Counted from the first letter of the stretch, positions 50,457-61,673 are shown. The stretch is 64,000 nt of DNA from Syntrophales bacterium (GCA_963666365.2 CAXXNF010000002.1:992001-1056000); one strand, 5' to 3'. Translations and numbers: made by a program. The notes: a model not told the origin generated them from the letters alone.

Positions 50457-51443
50457 TCATCCCCTGTGGAGAGTTGAGATCGGGAGGCAGATATCGATAA
50501 TCCATGACCCGGACGGGTGTCTATCGGGACTGTTGTAATATATTTCATAGAGGGGACGGCGCGTGCGCGGAAAATAACTCGACATCCACCAACCGAGAGT
50601 CAGCATCCTCCATGCCTCGACAATCTCGTCCATTGTTTGAAATTTCCCATGATACACGCCGTATTCCCCGGCAGGCAGACATTGGATGCGAATGCCGCTG
50701 GCCTCATCGGCTTCCATCCCTTCAGGGACCGAGAGGGACGCGTCATAGATGATCCGCCCCTCCGGGCCGGGGATAATCCCGACGGCTCCCAGCAGCAGGG
50801 AATTCCCCGTGAAAAGCCCTTTGGGCGCAGCCCACAGGGTCAATCTGCTCATGGCCTGGAAGAGCGGCTGAGAACCGGGATAGGCCACGGCCCTCACAGA
50901 GGCGACCTTTAGAGAGGGCATATCGACGACTCCCAGTTCCTGAAATGAATCCCCTCTCCCTTTTCTTTCTTTCCATGCGGGGATCTTGATAAACACGCCG
51001 TCCGCTCTGACTTCCCTCGGCAAGAGGTATCTCCACCCGTAGTTGCCTTCCATGTTTTGCATTTTCTTCGAAAAGGCAAAGTGGGTGTCAAGGTCGGCTC
51101 CGACCCGGTTGGGGGATAGGCCAAAATGAGTCTTAAATGCACGGGTGAACGACTGTGAACTCGAAAATCCGCAGGTGTACGCCACATCCGTAATGGAAGC
51201 ATACTCGCCGAATATAAGCATGCACGCAGATTGTTCCAAGCGTATGCGTCTGATGTGATCCCGCGGCGTTTCGCCGAAGGTCGCCCGGAACAGGCGGTGG
51301 AAGTGGAATTTTGAAAATCCAGCCATTGCGGCGAGTTCCGCGATGCGCATCTCTTCCGTATAATGATCCCTAACGTATGCTCGAATGTGCTCTAATCCGC
51401 TCTGATTTTGGTGGTTTGTGATTTCATGTGAAGTCGGCTGCAT
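50457..51443 (-). CDS. AraC-family regulator with GyrI-like effector domain
   Basis: FSKFHFHRLF, CGFSSSQSFTRAFK, EIYYNSP...IDICLPI. Confidence 0.9.
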   Translation of the reverse strand: MQPTSHEITNHQNQSGLEHIRAYVRDHYTEEMRIAELAAMAGFSKFHFHRLFRATFGETPRDHIRRIRLEQSACMLIFGEYASITDVAYTCGFSSSQSFTRAFKTHFGLSPNRVGADLDTHFAFSKKMQNMEGNYGWRYLLPREVRADGVFIKIPAWKERKGRGDSFQELGVVDMPSLKVASVRAVAYPGSQPLFQAMSRLTLWAAPKGLFTGNSLLLGAVGIIPGPEGRIIYDASLSVPEGMEADEASGIRIQCLPAGEYGVYHGKFQTMDEIVEAWRMLTLGWWMSSYFPRTRRPLYEIYYNSPDRHPSGSWIIDICLPISTLHRG

Positions 51444-51462
51444 AGAATACGAATCTCAAGGG

Positions 51463-52389
51463 TTATAGTTTTATTGGCAGGCATACATCCACAATAGCCA
51501 GCTTCCGGGGGTTCATATCAGGATTGTTATAGCACTTAAAGAAAAAGGGTCTTTTGTCCCGCCGGAAACCACTGAGCGGCAGCCACTCATAGAAAAGACG
51601 GTTGCTTTCCCAAAAAAGTCGTTCCCAACTGCATTCACAACGCAGGATGGCGAACGCTCCACCAGGGAGGTGTTGTATGCGAATCTCCCCGTCGCCTTTA
51701 ATGTTTACTGAAACAGGGATGCACGCATCGAAGATGCAATCATCAGGAGATGTTGTTGCAGGATCACTCCAGCCAACAGCAATGGGGATCGCGGATGGGT
51801 CGGTGGCCGCTCCTGCAGCAACGGCCCATTGCATAAGTCGGAGAAAGGCATCTCTGTTTGATTCCGACCAATAGGGGCCGACATCCCGGATGTAAGCCAC
51901 GCGATAGGAGGGCAACTCCTGTATCTCAACATTGAGCGGCGCCTGGTCGGGATCCCCGTCTTTGCGGTCTTCCGCTATGCCGGTTATGTGCCGATCTGGA
52001 TTATTGCGCGCCGAAGTTGGAGATACCCCAAAATGCGCTTTAAAGGCCCTGGCAAAATTCTGAGAACTGGAGAACCCGCACGTCTCTGCAATCTGTGCAA
52101 TGGAGGCATTTAAATCCGTCGTGAGCAGACGGGCGGCATGTTCAAGGCGCACGCGACGTACATAGTCATGCACTGTCTCCTTAAAGTATTCGTGAAACAA
52201 CCGGTGAAAATGATATTTGGAAAAATGGGCAACCGCTGCCAGTTTTTCGAGGCTTAAGTCTTCAGGGTAATGACGATTAATGTATTCCGTAACGCGATTA
52301 AGATGTGATTGACTGGCCTCTTTTGGACTAGTGTCGAAATTATCAGCCACAGAACTAATCCTTCTTGCTGCCGATTCGGAACGGGTCAC
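51463..52389 (-). CDS. AraC-family regulator with GyrI-like effector domain
   Basis: FSKYHFHRLF, CGFSSSQNFARAFK, WLPLSG, VDVCLPI. Confidence 0.9.
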   Translation of the reverse strand: MTRSESAARRISSVADNFDTSPKEASQSHLNRVTEYINRHYPEDLSLEKLAAVAHFSKYHFHRLFHEYFKETVHDYVRRVRLEHAARLLTTDLNASIAQIAETCGFSSSQNFARAFKAHFGVSPTSARNNPDRHITGIAEDRKDGDPDQAPLNVEIQELPSYRVAYIRDVGPYWSESNRDAFLRLMQWAVAAGAATDPSAIPIAVGWSDPATTSPDDCIFDACIPVSVNIKGDGEIRIQHLPGGAFAILRCECSWERLFWESNRLFYEWLPLSGFRRDKRPFFFKCYNNPDMNPRKLAIVDVCLPIKL

Positions 52390-52404
52390 AACCCAAACAT
52401 GTCC

Positions 52405-54045
52405 CTAGCTGCCATATTTTTCCGTATACCGTTTCACCAGCTTGTATTTCTGTACTTTCCCGCTTGCCGTCATGGGGATGTCCTCGGTAATTTCCCAGTA
52501 GAGGGGGACTTTGTGGCGCGCGATACGCCCCCTTGAGTATTCAACAAGCTCTTCTGGCGTAATTTCAACATCCTTTTCAGACACAACGACGGCAAGAATC
52601 TGTTCGCCATATTTTTTGTCGGGAATGCCCACCACATACACGTCCTGTACTTTTGGATGGGTGTGAAGAAATTCTTCTATCTCCCGTGGATAGATATTTT
52701 CCCCTCCGCGAATGATCATGTCCTTGATTCTACCGCTCACGATAAAATATCCTTCGTCGTCCACCGACCCCAGATCGCCGGTGTGAAGCCACCCCTCATC
52801 ATCGATGGCCTCTGTCGTTTCTTCGGGCATCTTGTAATAGCCCTTCATGACACAGGGACTCCGTGTTATTATTTCTCCCTGATGTCCGGCAGGCAGGTCC
52901 TCCCTTGTCTCCGGGTCTATTATCTTTGCCTCGACGCCATCGAAGAGCCTTCCTACCGTGGCTACCCGCTTTTCGATGGGATCATCGCGTCGCGTCATCG
53001 TCATCACGGGAGAACTCTCCGTCAAGCCATAGGCAATGACGATCTCCGGACAATGCATGTCTTTCATGACCCGTTTCATCGATTCTATGGGACAGGGCGC
53101 TCCGGCCATGATGCCCGTTCGCAGCGACAAAAGGTTGTACTTTCTGAACTCAGGATGACTCATTATGGCGATAAACATGGTAGGGACGCCATTGACAGCA
53201 GTGCACTTTTCCGCCTCTATCGCTTTCAAGGACTCCAATGGATCAAAGTATTCCATAAGCACCATGGTCGATCCGTAATAGACACAGTTGAGTGTACTCA
53301 TTACACAGCCGAAACAGTGGAAAAGGGGAACCTGAATCAAAAGCCGATCCCTTTCGGACATGCCCATGACTTCGCCCACCATGCGCGCGTTATTGACGAT
53401 ATTGTAATGGGTCAGCATCACCCCCTTGGGAAAACCTGTCGTACCGGAGGTGTACTGCATATTAACGACGTCATGACAACTCACCGATTCTTCTCGAAGC
53501 GCCAGCGCTTCATCCGAAATCAACGTTCCCGCCTCAATCACCTCTTCAAAGCGCAGCATACCGGGAACTTTCTCTCTCTTTCCGATGTAGACGACATTAT
53601 TGAGACAGGGAAGTTGCTCTACCGCAGTCGAACCCGGCTCCGATCGATCCAGATCGGGAATCACCTCTCGCACCGTTTCATAGTAATTGGTATCTCGATA
53701 TTCTTCGATAAGAACGAGCGTGGTTGTATCGGATTGCCGTAAAATATACTCCAGTTCATGGGACTTGTAGTTTGTATTGACCGTCACCAACACCGCCCCG
53801 ATCATGCCGAGACCGAATTGCATGTACACCCATTCGGGTACGTTGGTGGCCCAGACTGAAACCTTGTCCCCCGGTTCAACGCCCACAGCCATGAACCCCT
53901 TGGCGACCCGGACACAGGCATCATGAAATTCCTCATAGGTTTGACGGATACCGAATCCGGGACAGATAAGGGCCTCCCGGGCGGCATATTTTTGCGCAGT
54001 CTTTCGCAACAGACGACCGATAGTAAGATCCTGAAACTCTCCCAT
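52405..54045 (-). CDS. AMP-binding acyl-CoA synthetase
   Basis: YTSGTTGFPKG, YGLTE, LHTGDLG, GRIKDMIIRGGENIYP, SGKVQK. Confidence 0.94.
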   Translation of the reverse strand: MGEFQDLTIGRLLRKTAQKYAAREALICPGFGIRQTYEEFHDACVRVAKGFMAVGVEPGDKVSVWATNVPEWVYMQFGLGMIGAVLVTVNTNYKSHELEYILRQSDTTTLVLIEEYRDTNYYETVREVIPDLDRSEPGSTAVEQLPCLNNVVYIGKREKVPGMLRFEEVIEAGTLISDEALALREESVSCHDVVNMQYTSGTTGFPKGVMLTHYNIVNNARMVGEVMGMSERDRLLIQVPLFHCFGCVMSTLNCVYYGSTMVLMEYFDPLESLKAIEAEKCTAVNGVPTMFIAIMSHPEFRKYNLLSLRTGIMAGAPCPIESMKRVMKDMHCPEIVIAYGLTESSPVMTMTRRDDPIEKRVATVGRLFDGVEAKIIDPETREDLPAGHQGEIITRSPCVMKGYYKMPEETTEAIDDEGWLHTGDLGSVDDEGYFIVSGRIKDMIIRGGENIYPREIEEFLHTHPKVQDVYVVGIPDKKYGEQILAVVVSEKDVEITPEELVEYSRGRIARHKVPLYWEITEDIPMTASGKVQKYKLVKRYTEKYGS

Positions 54046-54291
54046 AACCCCACCCCCTGCTGTCAGTATGTAATCGGTATCGCTCCTGTGATAGTGTTTT
54101 CTTATTGTCTATGTCAAGAGAAAGTTCGCCTATTCCATGCAGGATGATGTCATGGGTTACAGACACAATATATAGTAGCATTGTTATTCACCACTACATT
54201 CTGTTGTGTTTTTTCTTTACATTACACATTTATTCTGGTAGATTCGCCAAAAGTTTGATTTTGGCAGAGCAACCTCACGGGAAATCCCTTT

Positions 54292-57200
54292 ATGAAGCTG
54301 AAAACGATTAGTATTCTGGGTTTTAAATCATTCAGAGATAAAACGTCTCTCAGTTTTTCACCCGGAATCAGTGCCATTGTGGGTCCGAACGGATGCGGAA
54401 AAAGTAATGTCGTTGATGCGATCCGCTGGGTAATGGGGGAACAGCGAATCACTCTGCTGCGCGGGAAAAAAATGGAAGATGTGATTTTCAATGGAAGCGA
54501 AGACGCCCTGCCCGTCAGCATGGCCGAAGTCGCCATCACACTCGAAAACGACGACAAGAAAATACAAAACAAATATTCCGATTGCACGGAAGTCACCGTG
54601 GCAAGAAAAATCTTTCGCGACGGCGAAAGCGAATACACCATAAACAACGTTCCCTGCCGCCTCCTCGATGTCCGCGAATTCTTTATGGATGCAGGAGTTG
54701 GGTCCCGGACGTATTCGATTGTTGAGCAGGAAAAAGTCTCCCGTCTTATTGAAGCGAAACCTGATGAACGGCGCCAGTTTATCGAAGAGGCGGCAGGGAT
54801 CATCAAATACAAATCCCGCAAAGAATCGGCCACCCGCAAGATGGAAGCCACCCGCCAGAATATGCTACGTCTTAACGACATTGCCGGCGAAGTAAAAACA
54901 CAACTTAACGCCACCTCCAGACAGGCAAAAAAGGCAGAGCGATTCAAAACCCTGAAACAGGAAGTAAGGGAAGCGCAGATCTCCCTTTCTCTGCAGCTCT
55001 TCGGCGATCTCATCAGTAAACGTGAAGCCCTGGAGAAAGACAATCAGGCACTGGAATCCAGACGCATCGAAGCGGAAACTTCCGCACACACACTGGAAGC
55101 ATCCATAGAAGAGCTCAAGGCAACGCTTGCTGAAAACGAAACGGCAGCGGCCGCCTTTCAGGAACGGTTTTACGCGCTGAAAAATGAAATCAGCATTAAG
55201 GAACAAAGGATAGATTTCTCAAAAAAAACGATCGCCGATCTTCAAAACAAAGAAACCAATGATGTTGCAGAAATAGCGGAACTGAAGCGACGTCGTGAAG
55301 CAATTGAAAACGAAATCGTAACGCTGGAACGTTCGCTCGCCGAGTCTGAAGGCAATATCGCCGAGGCTCGTGAAGCGATTGCCGTACAACAGGGAATCGT
55401 GGACGGACTCAAGGAGCGGGAACTTGAGACCCGTGAGGAACTTGATACCTTGAAGACGGGACATATCGCGGTAATAACGGAAAGCGGCCGTCTCAAAAAT
55501 CTGCTGTCATCGATTGAAAAAGAAATCGAAAATCTCACTCGAAAGGCGGCGCGTGAAACCGAAGAAATAAATGACCACAACAAAAAAGTTGCGCTGCTGA
55601 AACAGACATTGGCTGCTCAGAAAGCCAATCTTGCATCGTCGGAACGCCGCATCGCCGAGCTCAAGGAAAGGGAAGCGACCTACAGGGAAGAACTGGCAGT
55701 CTTAAGTGAACAGTTTGACATTGTGGGCGGCACTGTCGAAGATCTCAAGGAGCAGATCGGCATGAAGGCCTCCCGTCTCGCCTCCTTGCGACAGTTACAG
55801 GAAAGCTTCGAATGGTGCACCGAAGGGACACGGTGCATACTGAAGGAATCGCGGCAATCCTCATGGACGGCGGGACAGATACACGGTCTTGTAGCCGATT
55901 ACATGGAGGTGCCCAAAGAATATGAAACGGCCGTTGAAGCGGCCCTCGGCGAGAAACTCCAGTACATCGTAGTGGACAACCAGGATGACGGGATCAGGGC
56001 TATCGACTTTCTAAAACAGCGTTCCTTCGGAAGGGGAAGCTTTGTGCCTCTCAGGACCGACTGCGCCCCTTCAAAACAGGCACTCCCCCACTACCTGGAA
56101 GAAACTGTAAAGCTCACCGACGTGGTTGGCGTGCGCGGCACTGACATGAACAGGTTCGTGGATATGCTTCTCGGCGACGTGCTTTTGATCCCCGACCTTC
56201 CCACAGGCAAAGACCTGTGGAAAAGAAACGGGTTTACCGGAACTTTCGTCACTCCGGAAGGTGATATTATAAGCCACGAGGGAATCCTCACCGGAGGGAG
56301 CGCCGGCGGCAACGGCCACTCGCTGCTTCGTAACAAACGTGAGATCGCAGAGCTTGATCGAGAGATTGAAGGACTCACAAGAAATCTGGGAGAAGAGCGG
56401 AATCGCAAAGAGGAAATCGCCTTTTCCATCGAAGAACGGAGAGGCGAACTGGAAAATATCAGAAAGGGCATTCATGAAGCAGATCTCTCCATCAACGGTG
56501 CGCGGAAAGATGTAGAACGCACCGAAGGCGAAATATCATGGATAGATCAGCGCATCAGGGTGTTGAACTTCAATAAAGAGAATGTCGAACGGGAAGAACG
56601 GGATTCTAAAGGCCGGATCGATGAACTGAAGCAGTCCCTGGCCGCCAACGAGGCGACGCTCACCCGAGACAACGACACAATCGCTCACATGCAGGAACAG
56701 TGGCGGGTCATCACTGGAGAACTGGAAGAACAGGAATCCCGACTGATCGACCGGAAGATCGCTCTTACCACGCGCGAGGAAAGAACGTCCTCAAGCGTGC
56801 GTTCCCTTCAAAATCTCCGCACCACTCTTCGGGAAATGGAAGACCGCATTGCCTCAAACAGTCGCGACATCAGTGAATTCAAGACAAAAATACAGGATTT
56901 GACCGAGGAAATCATGACCACTGAGGAGGGACTTCATACTCTTTACGACAACTATGAAAATGTGGAAAAGGAGCTTGGAGAAACGCGAGAGCGGCACAAT
57001 GCCCTGGAAACCCTGCGGAGGACACGCGAAGGGGAATATCAAACAGCAAAAAAGGTCTGCGACGGAATACTCAAGGACATCGGCCGGCTCGCCTTGGAAA
57101 TCAAGGAAGCAACCATGCAGACCGAGGCGCTTTCAGAGGGGGTTGACGACAAGTACCAGGTTCAGTTGGCGGCCTTGCTACCCGAATTTACCCCTCTCGA

Positions 57201-57855
57201 TGAGGAACAAAGACACGCCCTCGAAGAGCGCCTTAAAGAGGGAAAACGGCGCCTTGAAGATTTCGGAGAAGTGAATCTACTGGCCCTGAGCGAGCATGAA
57301 GAACTGAAAGAGCGGCATGAGTTTCTGACAACACAGTTGAACGATCTTGCCACCTCTCTCGAAACGCTTCAGAAAACCATTTCCCGGATCAATCAGATCA
57401 CAAGAAAGCGATTTTCAGATACCTTCGAGGCGGTTAACGACAACTTCAAGAAGGTTTTCCCCAGATTGTTCCCCGGCGGCCGCGGATCGCTCCAATTGAC
57501 CGATGAAACGGACATGCTGGAAACGGGCGTGGACATCGAAATTCAAATACCGGGGAAAAAGCGTCAAAATCTGTCGCTTCTTTCCGGCGGAGAAAAGGCC
57601 CTTGCGGCCGTTTCACTGATCTTTGCCATCCTGATGCACAGACCCACGCCATTCCTCATTCTTGATGAGGCTGACGCTCCCCTTGACGACACCAACGTCA
57701 CGCTTTTCACTCGGCTGATTGAAGAAATCGCCCGAGAATCCCAAATTATCTATATCACCCACAACAAACGAACCATGGAGGCCGCCGACAATCTTGTCGG
57801 GGTTACCATGCAAAAGAGCGGCATTTCATCCATCGTCTCCGTCAACATGAACTGA
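54292..57855 (+). CDS. smc: Chromosome segregation protein SMC
   Basis: GFKSF, GPNGCGKSN, coiled coils with hinge, LSGGEK, ILDEADAPLD. Confidence 0.96.
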   Translation: MKLKTISILGFKSFRDKTSLSFSPGISAIVGPNGCGKSNVVDAIRWVMGEQRITLLRGKKMEDVIFNGSEDALPVSMAEVAITLENDDKKIQNKYSDCTEVTVARKIFRDGESEYTINNVPCRLLDVREFFMDAGVGSRTYSIVEQEKVSRLIEAKPDERRQFIEEAAGIIKYKSRKESATRKMEATRQNMLRLNDIAGEVKTQLNATSRQAKKAERFKTLKQEVREAQISLSLQLFGDLISKREALEKDNQALESRRIEAETSAHTLEASIEELKATLAENETAAAAFQERFYALKNEISIKEQRIDFSKKTIADLQNKETNDVAEIAELKRRREAIENEIVTLERSLAESEGNIAEAREAIAVQQGIVDGLKERELETREELDTLKTGHIAVITESGRLKNLLSSIEKEIENLTRKAARETEEINDHNKKVALLKQTLAAQKANLASSERRIAELKEREATYREELAVLSEQFDIVGGTVEDLKEQIGMKASRLASLRQLQESFEWCTEGTRCILKESRQSSWTAGQIHGLVADYMEVPKEYETAVEAALGEKLQYIVVDNQDDGIRAIDFLKQRSFGRGSFVPLRTDCAPSKQALPHYLEETVKLTDVVGVRGTDMNRFVDMLLGDVLLIPDLPTGKDLWKRNGFTGTFVTPEGDIISHEGILTGGSAGGNGHSLLRNKREIAELDREIEGLTRNLGEERNRKEEIAFSIEERRGELENIRKGIHEADLSINGARKDVERTEGEISWIDQRIRVLNFNKENVEREERDSKGRIDELKQSLAANEATLTRDNDTIAHMQEQWRVITGELEEQESRLIDRKIALTTREERTSSSVRSLQNLRTTLREMEDRIASNSRDISEFKTKIQDLTEEIMTTEEGLHTLYDNYENVEKELGETRERHNALETLRRTREGEYQTAKKVCDGILKDIGRLALEIKEATMQTEALSEGVDDKYQVQLAALLPEFTPLDEEQRHALEERLKEGKRRLEDFGEVNLLALSEHEELKERHEFLTTQLNDLATSLETLQKTISRINQITRKRFSDTFEAVNDNFKKVFPRLFPGGRGSLQLTDETDMLETGVDIEIQIPGKKRQNLSLLSGGEKALAAVSLIFAILMHRPTPFLILDEADAPLDDTNVTLFTRLIEEIARESQIIYITHNKRTMEAADNLVGVTMQKSGISSIVSVNMN

Positions 57856-58012
57856 CAGAACCTCTCCCGTTTTACCGCACCGGCGTTCACAAAATCGGCA
57901 TTCTGCCTATCCACTTGCGCCTTTACATATTCAGCCAAACAGGGTAGAAGACAGAAATTGTCAAACCGGCTCAGGTTATATTCGCATACACAAAGGAGCA
58001 TATTACATAATC

Positions 58013-58951
58013 ATGGCATCAGGTGAAACAAAGCAGGGTTTTTTTTCAAGGCTGAAATCGGGACTTTCCAAGTCAAGCAAATTTCTTGTCAGAAACATCG
58101 ACGAAATGATATCAGGCGAAAAGATAGTCTCCCGGGACATCTTTGAGGATCTCGAAGAAATACTTATTGCCGCCGATCTGGGACCGTCCTTTACCTATAA
58201 CCTCATCGAAGAAATGAGAGAACGGGCAAGGCGAAAAGAGCTGCAAAGCCCTGAAGCGCTGAAAAAAATCATGATGAACAACATGGCGGCTATCCTGAGG
58301 GAGAGCGAGGCCCCTCTTAAAATACCGAAAAACTCACTCTTTACCATCATGGTAGTAGGCGTGAACGGGACAGGAAAAACGACGACCATAGGGAAACTCG
58401 CCTCTTATTTTACACAACAGGGCCTGAACGTGATGCTTGCCGCTGCCGACACGTTCCGCGCCGCTGCAATCGAACAGCTTGAGATCTGGGGTACGCGCAC
58501 CAAATCGCCCATTATCAAGCAGAGCATGGGCGCCGACCCCTCCGCCGTGGTCTTCGATGCCATCAAGGCGGCAAAGGCCAGAGGGACGAACGTGCTCATA
58601 ATTGATACGGCAGGAAGACTTCACACCAAAACAAACCTCATGGACGAACTTAAAAAAATACAACGCATCATGGGACGGGAGCTGCCCGGGGCGCCCCACG
58701 AGACACTGCTCGTGCTCGATGCCACCACGGGACAGAATGCGCTGGTGCAGGCCCAGATGTTCAATGCCGAAATCGGCATCACGGGCCTTGTCCTTACAAA
58801 ACTTGACGGAACGGCAAAAGGCGGCATCGTGATACGCATTGCCGACGAAATGAGGGTTCCCATCCGCTACATCGGCATAGGTGAAAAGGTGGACGATCTG
58901 CGCCCCTTCAACGGCACGGATTTTGTGAAAGCCCTCCTTGCCGAGGATTAA
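58013..58951 (+). CDS. ftsY: Signal recognition particle receptor FtsY
   Basis: GVNGTGKTTT, DTFRAAA, DTAGR, TKLDGTAKGG. Confidence 0.97.
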   Translation: MASGETKQGFFSRLKSGLSKSSKFLVRNIDEMISGEKIVSRDIFEDLEEILIAADLGPSFTYNLIEEMRERARRKELQSPEALKKIMMNNMAAILRESEAPLKIPKNSLFTIMVVGVNGTGKTTTIGKLASYFTQQGLNVMLAAADTFRAAAIEQLEIWGTRTKSPIIKQSMGADPSAVVFDAIKAAKARGTNVLIIDTAGRLHTKTNLMDELKKIQRIMGRELPGAPHETLLVLDATTGQNALVQAQMFNAEIGITGLVLTKLDGTAKGGIVIRIADEMRVPIRYIGIGEKVDDLRPFNGTDFVKALLAED

Positions 58952-59039
58952 TGCGCCAAATCGCTGATGGGGCGCGAACAGAGGATACGACCAAGGAAGA
59001 ATTCGATTCCTGCAGAGATACCGCCTGCGATGAGAGAAA

Positions 59040-59684
59040 ATGATGGACCGGATATTTGCCATCGGAGATATTCACGGCTGCATCGACAAGCTCGAAATTC
59101 TCATTCGCCGCATACCCATCGACGGTGACAGGGACACCCTTCTATTCATCGGAGATTACATCGATCGAGGCCCCGACTCGAAAAAGGTCGTAGAGTGTGT
59201 GCTTGACCTGAGGAGGCAGCTCAACAAGGTAATCTGCCTTATGGGAAATCACGAGGATATGCTCCTGAACTATGTCCTGCACCATAAAGACGGCGCCATG
59301 TACCTTTCAAACGGAGGCGAGGCAACGGCCGCCTCATACGGATATCGACATACAGAGCGAGGACGAACAATTGACATTCCCTCTCACCACATGGAATTTT
59401 TTACCACCCTTCTCCCCTATTACGAAACGGAGGATTTTATTTTCGTGCATGCCGGTCTCAGACCGAAAATTCCTATAGGGGAACAAAGCGCCCATGATAT
59501 GCTGTGGATACGTCACGAATTCATACTGTCGGACTGGAATTTCGGGAAAACCGTCGTCTTCGGCCATACGCCGCGAGACGTACCCATTCTGGAGCCCGAC
59601 AAGATCGGAATCGACACGGGTGCGGTCTATGGAGGAAATCTCACCTGCATTGAACTGCCGGAACGAATAATCCACCAGGCATAA
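59040..59684 (+). CDS. Metallophosphoesterase (PPP-family Ser/Thr phosphatase-like)
   Basis: GDIHG, GDYIDRG, GNHE, HAG, GHTP, IDTG. Confidence 0.92.
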   Translation: MMDRIFAIGDIHGCIDKLEILIRRIPIDGDRDTLLFIGDYIDRGPDSKKVVECVLDLRRQLNKVICLMGNHEDMLLNYVLHHKDGAMYLSNGGEATAASYGYRHTERGRTIDIPSHHMEFFTTLLPYYETEDFIFVHAGLRPKIPIGEQSAHDMLWIRHEFILSDWNFGKTVVFGHTPRDVPILEPDKIGIDTGAVYGGNLTCIELPERIIHQA

Positions 59685-59689
59685 CACAC

Positions 59690-60577
59690 ATGAAAACCAT
59701 TGAATGTATACCGAATTTCAGCGAGGGGAAAAACAGGCAGGTGGTGGAAGCCATAGTCGAGGCCTGTGCAACCGTGCCGGGGGTCAAAATTCTCGATTAC
59801 AGCATGGACTGCGATCACCATAGAAGCGTTCTCACATTCATCGGCTCTCCCGAAGCGGTGGAGGCAGGAGCGGCAGCGGCCTGCGACAGGGCCTTGGAGC
59901 TGATCGACATGGGCGTCCACACCGGCATTCACCCTCGCATCGGCGCCGTTGACGTAGTGCCCTTCGTGCCCTTGCGTGGTGCGACAATGGATGATGCCGT
60001 GAAAGCAGCGCACAGTTTCGGTACGGCTTTTGCCGAACGAAACAGCGTGCCCGTCTATTTTTACGGAGCGGCGGCACTCTCTCCTGAACGAAGGATACTC
60101 TCTGCCGTCAGAAAGGGACAATACGAAAAACTCGAGGAAAAAATCGCCGATCCCGCATGGCGTCCCGATGCGGGGCCGGCACGATTTAATACAAAATGCG
60201 GCGCCACTGCAGTAGGCGCCCGCAAGCCTCTGATCGCCTTCAACATCAACCTCAACTGCAACGATCTCCGCATCGCACAGGACATAGCCCGAGCGATCCG
60301 CCAGTCAGACGGCGGGCTTCCGCACGTACAGGCATTGGGACTTCGGTTACAAAGCCGCGGCATAGTCCAGGTTTCCATGAACCTGATTGATTACGAAGAA
60401 ACCTCACTCTGCACGGTCTTTGATACTGTAAAGGCAAAAGCAGCCGCCGCAGGCATCGACATTCTCGAATCTGAACTGATCGGCCTCATTCCGGAAGCGG
60501 CCCTGGAAGGCGCCACCGCCAAACACCTTCAGCTCTGCGACTTTTGCGAAGCACGGATTATCGAGAATCACCTTTAA
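59690..60577 (+). CDS. ftcD: Glutamate formimidoyltransferase
   Basis: ECIPNFSEG, DHHRSV, HPRIGAVDVVPF, VQVSMN. Confidence 0.93.
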   Translation: MKTIECIPNFSEGKNRQVVEAIVEACATVPGVKILDYSMDCDHHRSVLTFIGSPEAVEAGAAAACDRALELIDMGVHTGIHPRIGAVDVVPFVPLRGATMDDAVKAAHSFGTAFAERNSVPVYFYGAAALSPERRILSAVRKGQYEKLEEKIADPAWRPDAGPARFNTKCGATAVGARKPLIAFNINLNCNDLRIAQDIARAIRQSDGGLPHVQALGLRLQSRGIVQVSMNLIDYEETSLCTVFDTVKAKAAAAGIDILESELIGLIPEAALEGATAKHLQLCDFCEARIIENHL

Positions 60578-60735
60578 ATGACACCGCTCCTGAAACACAG
60601 CGAGGGCCGCAGAGACAACCATGCCTGTCGAGAAGTCGAGATGAGGTAAGAAAATATGGATCTGAGGAAAGCGGGAAAGTCAATATTGACAGCACCTACA
60701 AATAATGATAGACAGCACCATTCCTCACCATAAAT

Positions 60736-60812
60736 GCCCCCGTAGCTCAGTAGGATAGAGCAACGGATTCCTAATCCGTGTGCCGTGTGTTCGAATCACA
60801 CCGGGGGCACCA
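60736..60812 (+). tRNA. tRNA-Arg(CCT)
   Basis: GCCCCCG acceptor stem pairing with CGGGGGC, anticodon arm ACGGA-TTCCTAA-TCCGT, T-loop GTTCGAAT, 3' CCA. Confidence 0.95.
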
Positions 60813-60904
60813 TAAAATCAAGGCCTTACGTCACTGTTCGATGTAAGGCCTTTTTGATATGGGCTTCATGTCGCCACCATGTAGCCACTACCGACGCGTA
60901 TATT

Positions 60905-61647
60905 AAGGGGACACAACACTTAATTCTATTTTTCTTTTCTCTTCGGCCCGGGTTTTTGCCGTTGCAGTATGCGTCCTGTCAGTTTCTCTATTTTCTTCAC
61001 AAAATCTAAATCACCTGCCGGACGTCCTGTTCTTGTAGATTTTCTCACTATATCTATGTCATCATTTCCATCAATACGCTCATCCAAATATTGTCGCCAA
61101 TCCTCTACCAGTCCATATAAATCCCGGCATTTTACGAGAACATCGTGCGTAGTATCGCCAACGTGGTATGCGGCACTAGACCACGCATACTCCCACGCAT
61201 GCACAACCATACCTGCAGCGACGGGATTATTCTCGACATAACGCACCGCAGCCAGCAAATGACGCTCATCAAGCACACAGGAAGCAAAACGCCCCTGGAA
61301 TAAATATCCCTTAACATTATCGCCAAAATTCTTCATACGAGTATACCGCTTGTGGGCTTCACCGAATCCCCTGGCAAGAGAAGTTTCCCTGCGCGGCACC
61401 GCTATGAAATGAACGTGATTGGTCATCAGACACCAGGCAAGAACGTCCACCTCAAACCTCAGGTGCTCCTCTTTTATAAACCTTAAATACCGGCCCCGAT
61501 CATGGTCGCTATGAAAAATATCCAAAGATCGAACACCACGCTGGGTAATATGATGTGGATGATCTACAGCAACAATTCTTGACATTCTAGGCATATAAGT
61601 TCCTTCCGCCAATAGCTTACAGAATTATGTATCATGGATGTCCCCTT
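60905..61647. mobile_element. RAYT element bounded by inverted GGGGACA...AATTCT repeats
   Basis: Left AAGGGGACACAACACTTAATTCT (60905-60927); right AGAATTATGTATCATGGATGTCCCCTT (61621-61647). Confidence 0.6.
60926..61594 (-). CDS. REP-associated tyrosine (Y1/HUH) transposase, RAYT-like
   Basis: HHITQRG, WCLMTNHVH (HUH), GYLFQGRF, YVENNPV, WSSA. Confidence 0.9.
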   Translation of the reverse strand: MPRMSRIVAVDHPHHITQRGVRSLDIFHSDHDRGRYLRFIKEEHLRFEVDVLAWCLMTNHVHFIAVPRRETSLARGFGEAHKRYTRMKNFGDNVKGYLFQGRFASCVLDERHLLAAVRYVENNPVAAGMVVHAWEYAWSSAAYHVGDTTHDVLVKCRDLYGLVEDWRQYLDERIDGNDDIDIVRKSTRTGRPAGDLDFVKKIEKLTGRILQRQKPGPKRKEK

Positions 61648-61673
61648 TGGCAAATGATCCGTTCCGGCTCTGA

